DNA of 56,824 bases from NCBI GenBank assembly GCA_003213355.1, contig QCND01000001.1, positions 1 to 56,824 on the forward strand, given 5' to 3'. A program made the position numbers and the translations under genes. This DNA is from Prochlorococcus sp. AG-424-E20. Lineage in GTDB: Bacteria > Cyanobacteriota > Cyanobacteriia > PCC-6307 > Cyanobiaceae. The notes beneath the pieces are model-generated. The model was not told the DNA's origin and did not search any database. It worked only from the letters and a program-made list of their open reading frames with translations. Of this stretch, positions 1 to 11,388 are shown in pieces; the stretch's first letter is position 1, and each line of letters starts with the position of its first letter.

Positions 1-1
1 T

Positions 2-1285
2 AAAGGCGTTCAGTTATTACTAGATGCAGTAGTTAATTATCTTCCTGCTCCTGTTGATGTGCCGCCTATTCAAGGTTTGCTCCCTAATGGAAAAGAAGCT
101 GTAAGACCTTCAGATGATGGTGCTCCCTTTAGCGCACTTGCATTCAAGGTCATGTCTGATCCATACGGAAAATTGACGTTTGTTCGTATGTATTCTGGTG
201 TTCTTGAAAAAGGAAGTTATGTCCTCAATTCAACCAAGGATGCAAAAGAGAGAATTTCTAGGTTGATAATTTTGAAAGCTGATGACCGAGAGGAAGTCGA
301 TGAATTAAGAGCTGGTGATCTTGGTGCTGTGCTTGGTCTAAAAAACACAACCACGGGAGATACGCTATGCGCTTCAGAAGAAGCAATTGTTCTTGAAACG
401 CTTTATATTCCTGAGCCAGTTATTTCAGTTGCGGTAGAACCCAAGACTAAAAGTGATATGGAAAAGTTAGGGAAAGCGTTGACATCTCTTTCTGAGGAGG
501 ATCCAACATTCAGAGTCAGTACTGATCAAGAGACAAATCAAACTGTAATCGCAGGTATGGGTGAATTGCACCTAGAGATTCTGGTTGATCGTATGTTGAG
601 AGAATTTAAGGTAGAGGCAAATATTGGAGCACCTCAAGTTTCTTATAGGGAAACGATTAGAGCCAGCTCTTCAGGTGAAGGTAAGTTTGCAAGACAAACA
701 GGTGGTAAAGGTCAGTACGGTCATGTTGTCATTGAAGTTGAGCCAGGTGAACCAGGAACTGGTTTTGAGTTTGTCAATAAAATTGTTGGTGGGTCTGTTC
801 CAAAAGAATATATAAAGCCTGCTGAATCAGGAATGAAAGAAACATGTGAGTCTGGTGTAATTGCTGGCTATCCTTTAATTGATGTAAAAGTTACATTGGT
901 TGATGGGTCTTATCATGATGTTGACTCATCAGAGATGGCTTTCAAAATTGCAGGCTCAATGGCTTTTAAAGATGGAATCAAGAAGTGCAATCCTGTCCTT
1001 CTAGAACCTATGATGAAAGTTGAGGTAGAAGTGCCTGAGGACTTCCTAGGATCTATAATTGGAGATCTGTCCTCTAGACGAGGTCAGGTTGAAGGTCAAT
1101 CCATCGAAGATGGACAATCCAAAGTCCAGTCAAAAGTGCCATTAGCTGAAATGTTTGGCTATGCCACTCAACTCCGATCAATGACTCAAGGTCGGGGTAT
1201 TTTCTCAATGGAGTTCAGTACCTACGAGGAAGTTCCTCGTAATGTTGCTGAGGCAATTATCTCCAAGAATCAGGGCAATTCCTGA
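2..1285 (+). CDS. fusA: Elongation factor G (5'-truncated by window edge)
   Basis: Frame is open from nt 2 ([17 protein letters not shown]). EF-G motifs [18 protein letters not shown] and [11 protein letters not shown]; upstream of tuf. Confidence 0.99.
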   Translation, partial: KGVQLLLDAVVNYLPAPVDVPPIQGLLPNGKEAVRPSDDGAPFSALAFKVMSDPYGKLTFVRMYSGVLEKGSYVLNSTKDAKERISRLIILKADDREEVDELRAGDLGAVLGLKNTTTGDTLCASEEAIVLETLYIPEPVISVAVEPKTKSDMEKLGKALTSLSEEDPTFRVSTDQETNQTVIAGMGELHLEILVDRMLREFKVEANIGAPQVSYRETIRASSSGEGKFARQTGGKGQYGHVVIEVEPGEPGTGFEFVNKIVGGSVPKEYIKPAESGMKETCESGVIAGYPLIDVKVTLVDGSYHDVDSSEMAFKIAGSMAFKDGIKKCNPVLLEPMMKVEVEVPEDFLGSIIGDLSSRRGQVEGQSIEDGQSKVQSKVPLAEMFGYATQLRSMTQGRGIFSMEFSTYEEVPRNVAEAIISKNQGNS

Positions 1286-1327
1286 TCTCTAAAAATTTAC
1301 TAACCAACCCCCGATTCTTTAAAAAAA

Positions 1328-2527
1328 ATGGCTCGCGAGAAGTTTGAGAGGAACAAACCTCATGTCAACATAGGTACTATTGGCCACGTTGACCATGGCA
1401 AAACAACCCTTACGGCAGCAATTACTAAGGTTTTAGCAAAGAAAGGTCAAGCCGAAGCGCAAGATTACGCTGAAATAGATGGAGCTCCAGAAGAGCGTGA
1501 ACGCGGCATAACAATCAACACTGCTCACGTTGAATATGAAACTGATGGCAGGCATTACGCTCACGTTGATTGCCCAGGTCACGCTGATTATGTAAAAAAC
1601 ATGATCACAGGTGCTGCTCAGATGGACGGTGCGATTCTTGTTGTAGCAGCTACCGATGGAGCAATGGCACAAACAAAAGAACATATTCTTTTGGCGAAGC
1701 AGGTTGGAGTACCTGCATTGGTTGTTGCACTTAACAAATGTGACATGGTCGATGATGAAGAAATGATAGAACTTGTAGAAATGGAGATTCGTGAACTTCT
1801 CACAAGTTATGACTTCCCTGGTGATGACATCCCTGTCGTTCAAGTTTCGGGGTTAAAAGCTATCGAAGGAGAAGCAGATTGGGAGACAAAAATAGATGAC
1901 TTGATGACAGCTGTTGATGCATCAATTCCAGAACCAGAACGTGAAATTGATAAGCCTTTCTTAATGGCTATCGAAGACGTTTTCTCAATTACTGGCCGTG
2001 GAACAGTTGCAACTGGACGAATTGAAAGAGGAAAAGTAACAGTCGGAGAGGAGGTTGAAATTGTAGGAATTAGAGATACAAGACTAACCACTGTTACCGG
2101 TGTCGAGATGTTTAGAAAGCTTCTTGATGAAGGTATGGCTGGTGACAACGTTGGACTTCTTTTACGGGGTATACAGAAGGAAGATATTGAAAGGGGAATG
2201 GTTCTTGTTAAAAAAGGATCCATCACACCTCATACCAAATTCGAGGGTGAGGTATATGTATTGAAGAAAGAAGAGGGTGGCCGCCATACACCTTTCTTTG
2301 CTGGTTATCGTCCTCAGTTTTATATTCGTACTACGGATGTAACAGGTCAAATTACTGCATTCACATCTGATGATGGCAGTAATGTTGAAATGGTCATGCC
2401 TGGCGACAGAATAAAGATGACAGGAGAATTGATATCCCCTGTTGCTATAGAACAAGGAATGCGATTCGCTATTCGCGAAGGTGGACGTACAATTGGAGCA
2501 GGAGTAGTTTCTAAAATTATTGAATAA
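1328..2527 (+). CDS. tuf: Elongation factor Tu
   Basis: [34 protein letters not shown]. Confidence 0.99.
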   Translation: MAREKFERNKPHVNIGTIGHVDHGKTTLTAAITKVLAKKGQAEAQDYAEIDGAPEERERGITINTAHVEYETDGRHYAHVDCPGHADYVKNMITGAAQMDGAILVVAATDGAMAQTKEHILLAKQVGVPALVVALNKCDMVDDEEMIELVEMEIRELLTSYDFPGDDIPVVQVSGLKAIEGEADWETKIDDLMTAVDASIPEPEREIDKPFLMAIEDVFSITGRGTVATGRIERGKVTVGEEVEIVGIRDTRLTTVTGVEMFRKLLDEGMAGDNVGLLLRGIQKEDIERGMVLVKKGSITPHTKFEGEVYVLKKEEGGRHTPFFAGYRPQFYIRTTDVTGQITAFTSDDGSNVEMVMPGDRIKMTGELISPVAIEQGMRFAIREGGRTIGAGVVSKIIE

Positions 2528-2530
2528 TGC

Positions 2531-2571
2531 TTTAGAGGATGACTTGTAATTTATTCAGGTCATCCTCTAAA
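2531..2571 (+). terminator. Strong hairpin between tuf and rpsJ (terminator or stabilising stem)
   Basis: Perfect 13-bp inverted repeat TTTAGAGGATGAC/GTCATCCTCTAAA just after the tuf stop; weak U-tail. Confidence 0.6.
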
Positions 2572-2645
2572 TTAATTAAACAAATGAACTCACTAGTTCA
2601 TCCTTAAAAGAACTTCGAGAACTTAATTAGCTTGGTTATCCCATT

Positions 2646-2966
2646 ATGTCAACTGCAATTGCACAGCAAAAAATACGCATTCGCCTAAAGGCTTTTGATA
2701 GAAGAATGCTTGATTTATCCTGCGATAAAATAATTGAGACTGCAGACACAACAGCTGCTTCAGCGATAGGTCCCATTCCTCTTCCTACAAAAAGAAAAAT
2801 ATATTGTGTTCTTCGTTCACCTCATGTTGATAAAGATTCAAGAGAGCATTTTGAGACAAGAACACATAGAAGACTTATTGATATTTACAGCCCTTCAGCA
2901 AAGACTATAGACGCTTTAATGAAGTTGGATCTACCTAGTGGAGTTGATATAGAAGTTAAGCTCTAG
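2646..2966 (+). CDS. rpsJ: 30S ribosomal protein S10
   Basis: [26 protein letters not shown]. Confidence 0.99.
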   Translation: MSTAIAQQKIRIRLKAFDRRMLDLSCDKIIETADTTAASAIGPIPLPTKRKIYCVLRSPHVDKDSREHFETRTHRRLIDIYSPSAKTIDALMKLDLPSGVDIEVKL

Positions 2967-3026
2967 ATCTTTTTCTCTCAAACCAGAGTTTGATTATCTA
3001 GGATATGTTTAATTAGGAATACCCAT

Positions 3027-3689
3027 TTGAGCGAACTTTCAGTTAGGGAGCTACCACTTTTCCCATTGCCTGAGGTTGTGCTTTTTCCTCAGGAGTATTT
3101 GCCACTTCATATTTTTGAGACTCGTTACAGAGTTATGCTTCAATCTGCTTTGAAATCGGATAGCCGTTTTGGAGTTGTTAGATGGGATCCAATTGAAAAA
3201 AAAATGGCAGATGTTGGTTGTTGTGCTGAGATTATTAAGCATCAAACTTCACAAGATGGTAGAAGTAATATTGTGACTATTGGACAGCAAAGATTTCGAA
3301 TTCTTGAAATTATTAGTGAAACACCTTTTATTAACGCATTAGTGAGTTGGGTCGATGATGAACAAATCTTAGACGAAACCAAACTATTGGAACTAAAGGA
3401 TTCAGTATCAATTGCTCTAAAGGATGTAGTTTCACTTACCTCAAAATTAACTGAATCTGAGAAGGAACTGCCTGATTCTTTGCCTGATATTCCCAGAGAA
3501 TTGTCTTTTTGGATAGCTGCTCATCTTGGCGGTCCAGTAGCAAGTGAACAGCAAAATCTATTAGAATTAACAAATACCTTTCATCGTTTGGAAAGAGAAT
3601 ATGAACTTCTAGATCACACAAGAAGGCAACTAGCTGCCAGAACTGCTTTAAAAGATACTTTCTCAAATGCCGATCAAGCCAACAATTAA
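3027..3689 (+). CDS. LON peptidase substrate-binding (N-terminal) domain protein
   Basis: LPLFPL-VVLFP-LPLHIFE-RY signature; TTG start. Confidence 0.9.
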   Translation: MSELSVRELPLFPLPEVVLFPQEYLPLHIFETRYRVMLQSALKSDSRFGVVRWDPIEKKMADVGCCAEIIKHQTSQDGRSNIVTIGQQRFRILEIISETPFINALVSWVDDEQILDETKLLELKDSVSIALKDVVSLTSKLTESEKELPDSLPDIPRELSFWIAAHLGGPVASEQQNLLELTNTFHRLEREYELLDHTRRQLAARTALKDTFSNADQANN

Positions 3690-3691
3690 TT

Positions 3692-4624
3692 ATGCAATGG
3701 ATATTAATTTTTATACTTAGTGCTTTCTTTTTCATCACTGTAACTAACCAGTGGTTTAGAAAAAGTCGTAAATATGAGTCTGTTAATAGCGTTGCATCCT
3801 CTTATGATTCATGGACTAATGATCGTTTATTAGAAAATCTATGGGGAGAACATATTCATCTTGGTTTTTACGAAAAACCGAGAATAAAAAAAGACTTTAG
3901 AGAGGCTAAGGTTGATTTTGTTCATGAATTAGTTCGCTGGAGCGGTTTAAATCAATTACCAAAAGGCTCAAGAGTGTTAGACGTAGGTTGTGGAATAGGC
4001 GGAAGTTCAAGAATATTATCTGATTATTATGGATTTGATGTCGTTGGTATTTCAATAAGTCCAGAACAAGTTAAAAGAGCGCATGAATTAACAGCTAATA
4101 GGGATTTTTGTCGTTTTGAGGTAATGAATGCACTTGACTTAAAATTTGAAAAAGGTAGTTTTGACGGGGTTTGGAGTGTTGAAGCTGGGCCTCATATCTT
4201 AGATAAACAAACTTTTGCAGATGAGATGCTCAGAGTGCTTAGGCCAGGTGGAGTTTTGGCAGTTGCAGATTGGAATCAAAGAGATTCAACTAAGCATCCT
4301 TTAAATTTTTTTGAAAAGTTCATTATGAATCAATTACTCACCCAATGGACCCATCCTGAATTTTCAAGTATTGAAGGATTTAAAAACAACTTATTAAACA
4401 GCCCTTTCTGTGGAAGCCCTGTAGAGTCTTCCAATTGGACTAAATACACAATTCAGTCTTGGAATGAATCTATATATGAAGGGTTTAGAAGACCTTCATC
4501 CATCTTGAAATTAGGCATTAGATCGTTTCTAAAGGCCTTTAGAGAAATCCCAATAATATTGATGATGAGATGGTCTTTTTCAAGTGGTTTGATGAAATTT
4601 GGAGTATTCAAATCAAGAGGATAA
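3692..4624 (+). CDS. SAM-dependent methyltransferase, MPBQ/MSBQ / tocopherol-type
   Basis: WGEHIHLGFY, VLDVGCGIGG, RVLRPGG; N-terminal hydrophobic anchor. Confidence 0.85.
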   Translation: MQWILIFILSAFFFITVTNQWFRKSRKYESVNSVASSYDSWTNDRLLENLWGEHIHLGFYEKPRIKKDFREAKVDFVHELVRWSGLNQLPKGSRVLDVGCGIGGSSRILSDYYGFDVVGISISPEQVKRAHELTANRDFCRFEVMNALDLKFEKGSFDGVWSVEAGPHILDKQTFADEMLRVLRPGGVLAVADWNQRDSTKHPLNFFEKFIMNQLLTQWTHPEFSSIEGFKNNLLNSPFCGSPVESSNWTKYTIQSWNESIYEGFRRPSSILKLGIRSFLKAFREIPIILMMRWSFSSGLMKFGVFKSRG

Positions 4625-4625
4625 T

Positions 4626-5456
4626 TTAATCAACTTCTGATCCGAAATAGCATCCAAAATTAATTATTTGATTGCAAAGAGGTGATAACTCTTTAGTAAT
4701 ATTTTCAAAGTATTTTTTATTATTATTGTTTAAATCAAGATCTATGAAAAAGACATATTCGCCAAGTTCTCTTTTAGAAGGACGTGATTCAATTCTACTC
4801 ATATTCAAGCCAAGATTTGCGATGCAATTTAATGCTTTTAGTAATGCACCCGGACTATTGGACTTAAGAGAAAAAGCCATACTTGCCCTGTCCCCATCTA
4901 CTTTAATGTTGTTCTTGCTGAGAAGAACGAATCTAGTGCAATTCCCTTCAATATCATTTATGGGATAAGCAAGAATATTCAGTTCCTCGCTTGCATCTTT
5001 GGATCCTATCGCTGCTCTGAATGAGCTTCCTCTTACCATCCTGATCGCTTCTGCCGTTGAATTAGTAGGTAGATGAACTGCATTTGGAATATTGTCGTTT
5101 AACCATTGGCTGCATTGAGCTATTGCCTGTGGATGTGAAAGGACCTCTGAAATCTTAGATATTGATCCGCTACTCATTAATGAGTGTTTAATAGGGAGTA
5201 CAAGGGCTCTATGAATAAATAGATTTTCATGTCTCCATAGAGAATCTAATGTTGTGGTGACCCCACCTTCTACTGAATTTTCAATTGGTACTACGGCTGC
5301 TTCACAAAGATTGTTTGCAAGATTATCCACCACAGATCTTAACCCTTTGCATGGGGAGAAAACTGGAGAGTCAAGCTCTTCGAGCTCTGCTAGCGCTTTC
5401 GCAGCCTTCTCAGCGTATGTTCCTTTAGGCCCTAAGTAGGCCACTAGAGTTGACAT
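4626..5456 (-). CDS. pheA: Prephenate dehydratase
   Basis: AYLGPKGTY, PIENSVEG, SHPQA, TRF, IESRP (ACT domain). Confidence 0.97.
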   Translation of the reverse strand: MSTLVAYLGPKGTYAEKAAKALAELEELDSPVFSPCKGLRSVVDNLANNLCEAAVVPIENSVEGGVTTTLDSLWRHENLFIHRALVLPIKHSLMSSGSISKISEVLSHPQAIAQCSQWLNDNIPNAVHLPTNSTAEAIRMVRGSSFRAAIGSKDASEELNILAYPINDIEGNCTRFVLLSKNNIKVDGDRASMAFSLKSNSPGALLKALNCIANLGLNMSRIESRPSKRELGEYVFFIDLDLNNNNKKYFENITKELSPLCNQIINFGCYFGSEVD

Positions 5457-5512
5457 TAGATAAAAAAAAAGGGGTAAAAACCGATAAGATCAAACTGAGC
5501 AAGTTTTTGATA

Positions 5513-6025
5513 ATGTCTCTTGCCTTTACAGCACGACAAAAAATTGATCTAGTTGTTCAAAATAATCAGGAGAAACTACCTGATTATCTCCTACAACAGG
5601 AAAGAGTTGTAGGAGCAATGCTTGATTCTAAAAAATTGACTCCTTTAGGGCCAGGGAGCTTTAAATACGAAGTCACAAGTTTTAAGGTTTTTCAGCTTCA
5701 AATAAATCCAGTCGTATCAATCGGGGTGGAAAATTCTGAGAAAAAAATAAGAATGTATGTCACTGAAAGCCACTTAGATGGTTTGGGATTAGTTGATGAT
5801 TTCGATTTAACCTTAGATGCAGTTTTGGAGGCAAAACCATCAGGTCTTGAAGGCGAAGCTCTTTTGGGTGTAACAGTAAGTCAGCCTCAGCTATTGAGAT
5901 TAATTCCTCCCAAAATGCTTGAGAAAACAGGGGAATCAATATTGAATGGTATTTTGTTAGGGATTAAGGCAAGGGTTCAGAAGCAGTTAATTGTTGACTT
6001 TAATAATTGGTGTAAAGAAAATTAG
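5513..6025 (+). CDS. Conserved cyanobacterial protein, DUF1997-like
   Basis: ORF with YL-QQERVV and TGESILNGIL pattern. ATG 5513 preferred over TTG 5450, which overlaps the pheA start. Confidence 0.7.
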   Translation: MSLAFTARQKIDLVVQNNQEKLPDYLLQQERVVGAMLDSKKLTPLGPGSFKYEVTSFKVFQLQINPVVSIGVENSEKKIRMYVTESHLDGLGLVDDFDLTLDAVLEAKPSGLEGEALLGVTVSQPQLLRLIPPKMLEKTGESILNGILLGIKARVQKQLIVDFNNWCKEN

Positions 6026-6039
6026 TTACAAAATAAATA

Positions 6040-6627
6040 TCAATTTATTTCTAACCGTGAGATAAAACTTTTTCGGTGGAGTTTTGTTGCACCTTCTTTG
6101 ATTAAGTTTTTTCTATGGATCTCAGTTCCATAACCCTTGTTTTTTTCTAGTTCAAAACAATTGTATTTGCGAGCTAGTCGTTTAATTAAGTCATCCCTAG
6201 TTTCTTTCGCTAATACACTTGCAGCAGCAATTGAAGCGAAATGACTTTCACCTCGAGCTTGTGTCTTTTGTCTCCCTAGCCACAAGCGAATGGGTAAAAT
6301 TCCGTCTACAAGAATTAAATCTGGTGGAGATGAAAATTTTTCTAATGCTCTTAGCATAGCTCTCTCAGTAGCATCTCGGATGCCGAAAACGTCTATTTCT
6401 CTTGCTGACGCTTGGCCAATTGACCAAGCTATTGAGTTTGTTTTTATCAAAGGAACTAAGTTATGTCTTTGCCGATGACTCAATTTTTTACTGTCTTTCA
6501 AACCTTGATTTAAGAGCTTTATTTCATTCTCTTTGCTTAAAATAACCGCTGCCGCGAAAACAGGACCAAATAAACAACCTTTTCCCACTTCATCAACTCC
6601 AGCGATAAGAAGTTTTTTATCTTCCAT
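6040..6627 (-). CDS. rnhB: Ribonuclease HII
   Basis: AGVDEVGKG, LKDSKKL, IAAASVLAK, KGYGT; directly downstream of rne. Confidence 0.97.
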   Translation of the reverse strand: MEDKKLLIAGVDEVGKGCLFGPVFAAAVILSKENEIKLLNQGLKDSKKLSHRQRHNLVPLIKTNSIAWSIGQASAREIDVFGIRDATERAMLRALEKFSSPPDLILVDGILPIRLWLGRQKTQARGESHFASIAAASVLAKETRDDLIKRLARKYNCFELEKNKGYGTEIHRKNLIKEGATKLHRKSFISRLEIN

Positions 6628-6629
6628 AT

Positions 6630-8507
6630 TTAAGAAGAGGCTGAAGACCTTCTTCTTTTTCGTCTTGGATCCTCATTAACTTCTTCTGACTCGGTGGAAG
6701 TTAATTCATTTGTTTCTTGATCTAAATCTACATTGAGATTTGCTTCTTCATTATTCTCTTTTTCGTCAGAAGTTGTTGGTTTTTGTTGACTATTATTTTT
6801 AAGACGAATGATATCCTTATTGTTGTTTTCATGTTTAATATTAGAATCATCAACTATTTTTTGTTGATTATCCTCAGGTATTTTATTTTTTTCTTCTTCT
6901 TTAGTAGATTCATCATTGCCAGGCCTGATTATATTCACCTTATAGTTTTCCGATATTGGAGGTGTCTCTAAAAGTAAAATAGGATCTAATCCCATAAAAC
7001 TATAAACAATCTCTTCGTTCTGATTCATATTTATATTTATTATTGTTGTTTCTTTTCTTTTATTATTATCCTTTGGAGTATCTTCTGTGACTGTATCCGA
7101 GGAGATGGCTTTTGAGTTGTCTATAGATGATTTGCGTTCTTCATTAATTAAGTTTGTTTCTATATCTCTTGCTTTATTTAGACGCTTTTTTTTGTTATTA
7201 CTTTCTTGCAAAGATTGTATATCTTCTCCTGTGATTAAAGTTGAATTGATTACACCAGCTTCAGATGGGTTTGTTGGATTTATATCTTGAATAGTAATGA
7301 TTGGAAGAGAACCTGACCCTTGTGAATTAGGGGAAGTCTTTCCAAATAATTCATATATATTTTGACCTTGTCTTTTTCTAGTTAGCTCAACAAGTCCAAG
7401 TTCTGTAAGTGAAGCTATTTGTGGTCGAGCCGAGTCTCCATTAATAGCAGATGTGAAATGTTCTAACAATTGAAGTTGATCTCTTTTTGTATCCATATCA
7501 ATAAAATCAATAATAATAACCCCGCCAATATTCCTTAATTTTAATTGTCTTGCAATCTCAATAGCGGCTTCGCAATTAGTCCATAATACTGTTTCTCTGG
7601 AATTTGCAGATCGTGTAAATGAGCCTGAGTTGACATCAATAACTGTCAAAGCTTCTGTTGGTTCTATTATTATATATCCACCCGAAGGTAGATCCACTCT
7701 AGGTTTCAATGCATCATTAATTGAAGATATGACTTTGTATTTTTCCAATATATTCTCTGAATCGCTATGTAATTCTATTGTGAATTCATTACTATCTTTG
7801 CTAAGGAAGTTTTTAACCCGACCAATTGCTTCAGTATTATCTACAACAATCTGAGTAATACTTTGACCTGTATGATCTCTAAGAATTCTGTGAATAAAGT
7901 CTTCGTCTCTATTTAAAAGAATTGGCGGAGTGCAACTCTCTGATGCTTGTTGAATAAGCTCCCATTGTTTAAGAAGATTTTCAATATCATCAATTAAGAA
8001 TTCTTCACAAATATCTTCCGCTTCTGTTCTTATTAAAAGTCCAGTACTGGGAGGCTTAACTAATACTCCTAATGCTCTAAGTCGATTTCTTTCATTTTCA
8101 GTGCTTATTCTTCTCGAAATATTTACACCTTGTCCATGAGGTTGGAATACTAGATATCTACCAGGAAGAGCTATGTTTCCAGTTAATCTAGGTCCTTTGG
8201 TCCCAGTGGGCTCTTTCATTACCTGAACCAAAACCTTTTGCCTTGGTTCGAGTAACTCTGTTATTCCTGCAGTTGCTTTTTTTAATCTAAGCGGACCTAA
8301 ATCATTTACATGAATAAAGCCATTTTTTTCACTTTCACCAATATTGACAAAAGCTGCATCTATCCCCGGAAGAACATTTTCAACGGTTCCTAAGAAAATA
8401 TCTCCGATTTGGTAGCTACCTTGAGCGACAATTAATTCATCTATTCTCTCATCAGTGAGCAGAGCGGCAATTCGCAAATGCTCAGCAATGACAATTTGCT
8501 GGGGCAT
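6630..8507 (-). CDS. rne: Ribonuclease E
   Basis: S1 domain, IDVNSG, GGVIIIDFIDM, acidic disordered C-half and cyanobacterial RRKRRRSSA tail; ATG at 8507. Confidence 0.97.
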   Translation of the reverse strand: MPQQIVIAEHLRIAALLTDERIDELIVAQGSYQIGDIFLGTVENVLPGIDAAFVNIGESEKNGFIHVNDLGPLRLKKATAGITELLEPRQKVLVQVMKEPTGTKGPRLTGNIALPGRYLVFQPHGQGVNISRRISTENERNRLRALGVLVKPPSTGLLIRTEAEDICEEFLIDDIENLLKQWELIQQASESCTPPILLNRDEDFIHRILRDHTGQSITQIVVDNTEAIGRVKNFLSKDSNEFTIELHSDSENILEKYKVISSINDALKPRVDLPSGGYIIIEPTEALTVIDVNSGSFTRSANSRETVLWTNCEAAIEIARQLKLRNIGGVIIIDFIDMDTKRDQLQLLEHFTSAINGDSARPQIASLTELGLVELTRKRQGQNIYELFGKTSPNSQGSGSLPIITIQDINPTNPSEAGVINSTLITGEDIQSLQESNNKKKRLNKARDIETNLINEERKSSIDNSKAISSDTVTEDTPKDNNKRKETTIININMNQNEEIVYSFMGLDPILLLETPPISENYKVNIIRPGNDESTKEEEKNKIPEDNQQKIVDDSNIKHENNNKDIIRLKNNSQQKPTTSDEKENNEEANLNVDLDQETNELTSTESEEVNEDPRRKRRRSSASS

Positions 8508-8897
8508 AAACAATGTTGAGCGTTTTAAGCTATGAGAAATTGATTAGCAGAAAAACTGCAAATAGAACTGTTGGAATTTTTAACGTCTAATAAACTTAAA
8601 GAGATTTTTGAATACTGTTCGGAATGGGAATTAAATATGATCCGGTTGAAATCGCTGGGATTGCCAACGTTTAATCTAGGTGTCCCTTTAAGAAAAAATG
8701 ACGTTAATTTAGAACATTAAGGCGCGAAAAACCTTTTCTCAGTTCTTTACCCATATTAACACAGGATTACTTTTGGTTGATTATTTTTTATTAGGTAATC
8801 CTAGTAAAAAATTAGTTCTTAATTATGGAATCATCAATGTTGAAGATTTAAAGGGGTTTAGGGATTATCCTTAAAAATAAATGTTGACGATTTTTAA

Positions 8898-10124
8898 GTG
8901 GTACAGGTTAATACTGATTACCTGAAATTAAAAGCAGGCTATCTTTTCCCAGAGATTTCTCGGAGAATTAAAGAATTTAGCTCCAAGAATCCTAATACTG
9001 ATTTGATCCGCCTAGGAATCGGTGATGTAACTGAGCCTCTACCTTTGGCTTGTCGTGAAGCAATGAAAGCGGCTATTGAGGAAATGGGAACAGAAGATGG
9101 CTTTAGGGGCTATGGCCCAGAGCAGGGGTATAAATGGCTTCGCGAGATTATCTCTGAAAATGATTATATATCTCGTGGCTGTGAGATTTCAGCTGAAGAA
9201 ATTTTTGTTTCAGATGGCTCTAAATGCGATAGTAGTAATATTTTAGATATTCTTGGCAAAGAAAATAAAATAGCCGTAACGGATCCTGTTTATCCTGTAT
9301 ACGTTGACACCAATGTGATGACAGGTAGGACTGGAGAAGCTAACTCAGTAGGAGAATATAAAGGTTTAAGTTACATCCCACTTAATTCAGAGAATGGATT
9401 TGAGGCATCCATTCCAAAAGATAAATTTGATTTAATTTACCTTTGTTTTCCTAATAATCCTACTGGAGCAGTAGCAACTAAAGAACAATTGGTTTCTTGG
9501 GTAAAATATGCAAAAGAAAATAATTCTTTGATTCTTTTTGATGCTGCATACGAGGCTTTCATTAAAGATGAATCGATTCCTCATTCGATTTTTGAAATTG
9601 AGGGATCTAGAGATTGTGCAATTGAGTTTCGCTCTTTTTCTAAAAATGCAGGCTTCACAGGAACAAGATGTGCCTTTACGGTTATTCCCAAGTCTTTAAA
9701 AGGTAAAGCAGGTTTGGAAACAGTTGATTTGTGGTCCTTATGGAATAGGCGACAAAGTACGAAATTCAACGGTGTAAGCTATGTTGTTCAGAGAGGCGCT
9801 GAAGCTGTTTACTCAAAAGAGGGGAAAACACAAATCAAAAAATTAGTGAGTTTTTATATGGATAATGCTGAAATAATTAAAGCAAATTTGACTGCTGCAG
9901 GATTTGAAGTTTTTGGCGCGATAAATGCCCCTTATGCATGGATAAAAACACCCAAAAATATGAGCTCATGGGACTTCTTCGATTTCTTGCTTGAAAAAGC
10001 AAATGTTGTTGGTACACCTGGCAGTGGATTTGGGGCTGCGGGAGAAGGCTATTTTAGATTGTCTGCCTTCAACAGTAGAGAAAATGTTGAAAAAGCTATG
10101 CAAAGGATAGTAAAACTTAAATGA
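8898..10124 (+). CDS. dapL: LL-diaminopimelate aminotransferase
   Basis: [31 protein letters not shown]. Confidence 0.96.
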   Translation: MVQVNTDYLKLKAGYLFPEISRRIKEFSSKNPNTDLIRLGIGDVTEPLPLACREAMKAAIEEMGTEDGFRGYGPEQGYKWLREIISENDYISRGCEISAEEIFVSDGSKCDSSNILDILGKENKIAVTDPVYPVYVDTNVMTGRTGEANSVGEYKGLSYIPLNSENGFEASIPKDKFDLIYLCFPNNPTGAVATKEQLVSWVKYAKENNSLILFDAAYEAFIKDESIPHSIFEIEGSRDCAIEFRSFSKNAGFTGTRCAFTVIPKSLKGKAGLETVDLWSLWNRRQSTKFNGVSYVVQRGAEAVYSKEGKTQIKKLVSFYMDNAEIIKANLTAAGFEVFGAINAPYAWIKTPKNMSSWDFFDFLLEKANVVGTPGSGFGAAGEGYFRLSAFNSRENVEKAMQRIVKLK

Positions 10125-10180
10125 GTAATATCATGGTAAGTTCCTTGTTAAAAAGTACTATTCATCTAGACAGTTTAATT

Positions 10181-10492
10181 ATGGTTGATTCTGCAAATCA
10201 AACTGATGGAGATACTGCTGTTATCGATCGGGAAGTTCAGCGAGTGAGGAAAATATCTCCTAAATATAAGGTTTTACTGCATAATGATCCAGTCAATACG
10301 ATGGATTATGTGGTAGCTATATTAAGACAAGTGGTCCCACAATTAAGTGAACAGGATGCTTTGAATATTATGTTAGAAACGCATAATAATGGTGTTGGAC
10401 TTGTTATTACTTGTGACTTAGAACCTGCTGAATTTTACTCTGAATCTTTAAAGGCAAAAGGGTTGACAAGTACAATTGAATTAGAAAGCTGA
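10181..10492 (+). CDS. clpS: ATP-dependent Clp protease adaptor ClpS
   Basis: YKVLLHNDPVNTMDYVV and MLETH motifs; start uncertain (10121 or 10181). Confidence 0.93.
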   Translation: MVDSANQTDGDTAVIDREVQRVRKISPKYKVLLHNDPVNTMDYVVAILRQVVPQLSEQDALNIMLETHNNGVGLVITCDLEPAEFYSESLKAKGLTSTIELES

Positions 10493-10524
10493 AATCATCA
10501 ATTAAAAGTTTATGGAAGAGATGG

Positions 10525-11388
10525 TTGCATCAAAGGATGCAGTGGATACCTACAATAACTCTGTTTTTATTTTTATATCCAGCAGGATGGATTGTCAGTC
10601 GTTTTTTTTACCTTTTTGATCGAGATATTAGTTCCAATAGTTTAAGTATTATAGGTACTATAGTATCATTCATATTATTTTTAGTTGTTCTGCCAAGTTG
10701 GGGAGCTATTAGATGGAAAACTAATAATTTATGGTTATCAATAGGTTTTGATGTAAAGAATAAATTTGAAGCATTAAAAATATTTTTTAGTGGATTTATA
10801 TTTTCAATTTTTTTAATATTTATTCTGTTTATGTTTTGTGTTATATGCGGCTGGATTGATAGACTTGACTATATAAAATTTATTGACTTATTAAACGCAA
10901 TATTATTGATAGTTGGCATTGTTTTTGCTGAGGAGATAGTTTTTCGAGTTTGGTTAATGGAGGAAATGTCGATTTTATTTGGTGTAAGAAGAGGAATTAT
11001 TTTGCAATCCACAATTTTTAGTCTTGCCCATTTTAGGTCTGATATTGGTTTATTAGCTTTAATTCCTTTCTTGACTGGCTTATTTCTTTTTGGATTAGTT
11101 TTAACTTTAAGAAGAACGATTGATAGAGGTTCGGTATGGGGTTGTATAGGTTTGCATGGTGGATTGGTTGGTATTTGGTATCTATTTGATTCGGGAATGG
11201 TTGTTTTTTCAATTGATACTCCATATTTTTTATTGGGACCAAGCAGAAACATGGTGAATCCAATAGGGAGCGTTATTGGAATAACAATTTTATTAGTTAC
11301 GTTGTTTTTTCAACGAAGGCTTTTTGCAAGAACGGGACGATTTTTAGCCTCTACAGTTAAAGCTTCGTTTAAGGACGAAATTCCATAA
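10525..11388 (+). CDS. CPBP (CAAX/Abi) family intramembrane metalloprotease
   Basis: EEIVFR, FSLAH and HGG motifs; multiple TM segments. Confidence 0.88.
   Translation: MHQRMQWIPTITLFLFLYPAGWIVSRFFYLFDRDISSNSLSIIGTIVSFILFLVVLPSWGAIRWKTNNLWLSIGFDVKNKFEALKIFFSGFIFSIFLIFILFMFCVICGWIDRLDYIKFIDLLNAILLIVGIVFAEEIVFRVWLMEEMSILFGVRRGIILQSTIFSLAHFRSDIGLLALIPFLTGLFLFGLVLTLRRTIDRGSVWGCIGLHGGLVGIWYLFDSGMVVFSIDTPYFLLGPSRNMVNPIGSVIGITILLVTLFFQRRLFARTGRFLASTVKASFKDEIP

Noticed and set aside
6469-6480. TGCCGATGA match to the tRNA-Thr 3' end (possible att site)
   Set aside because: Only 9 nt and inside rnhB; expected by chance.
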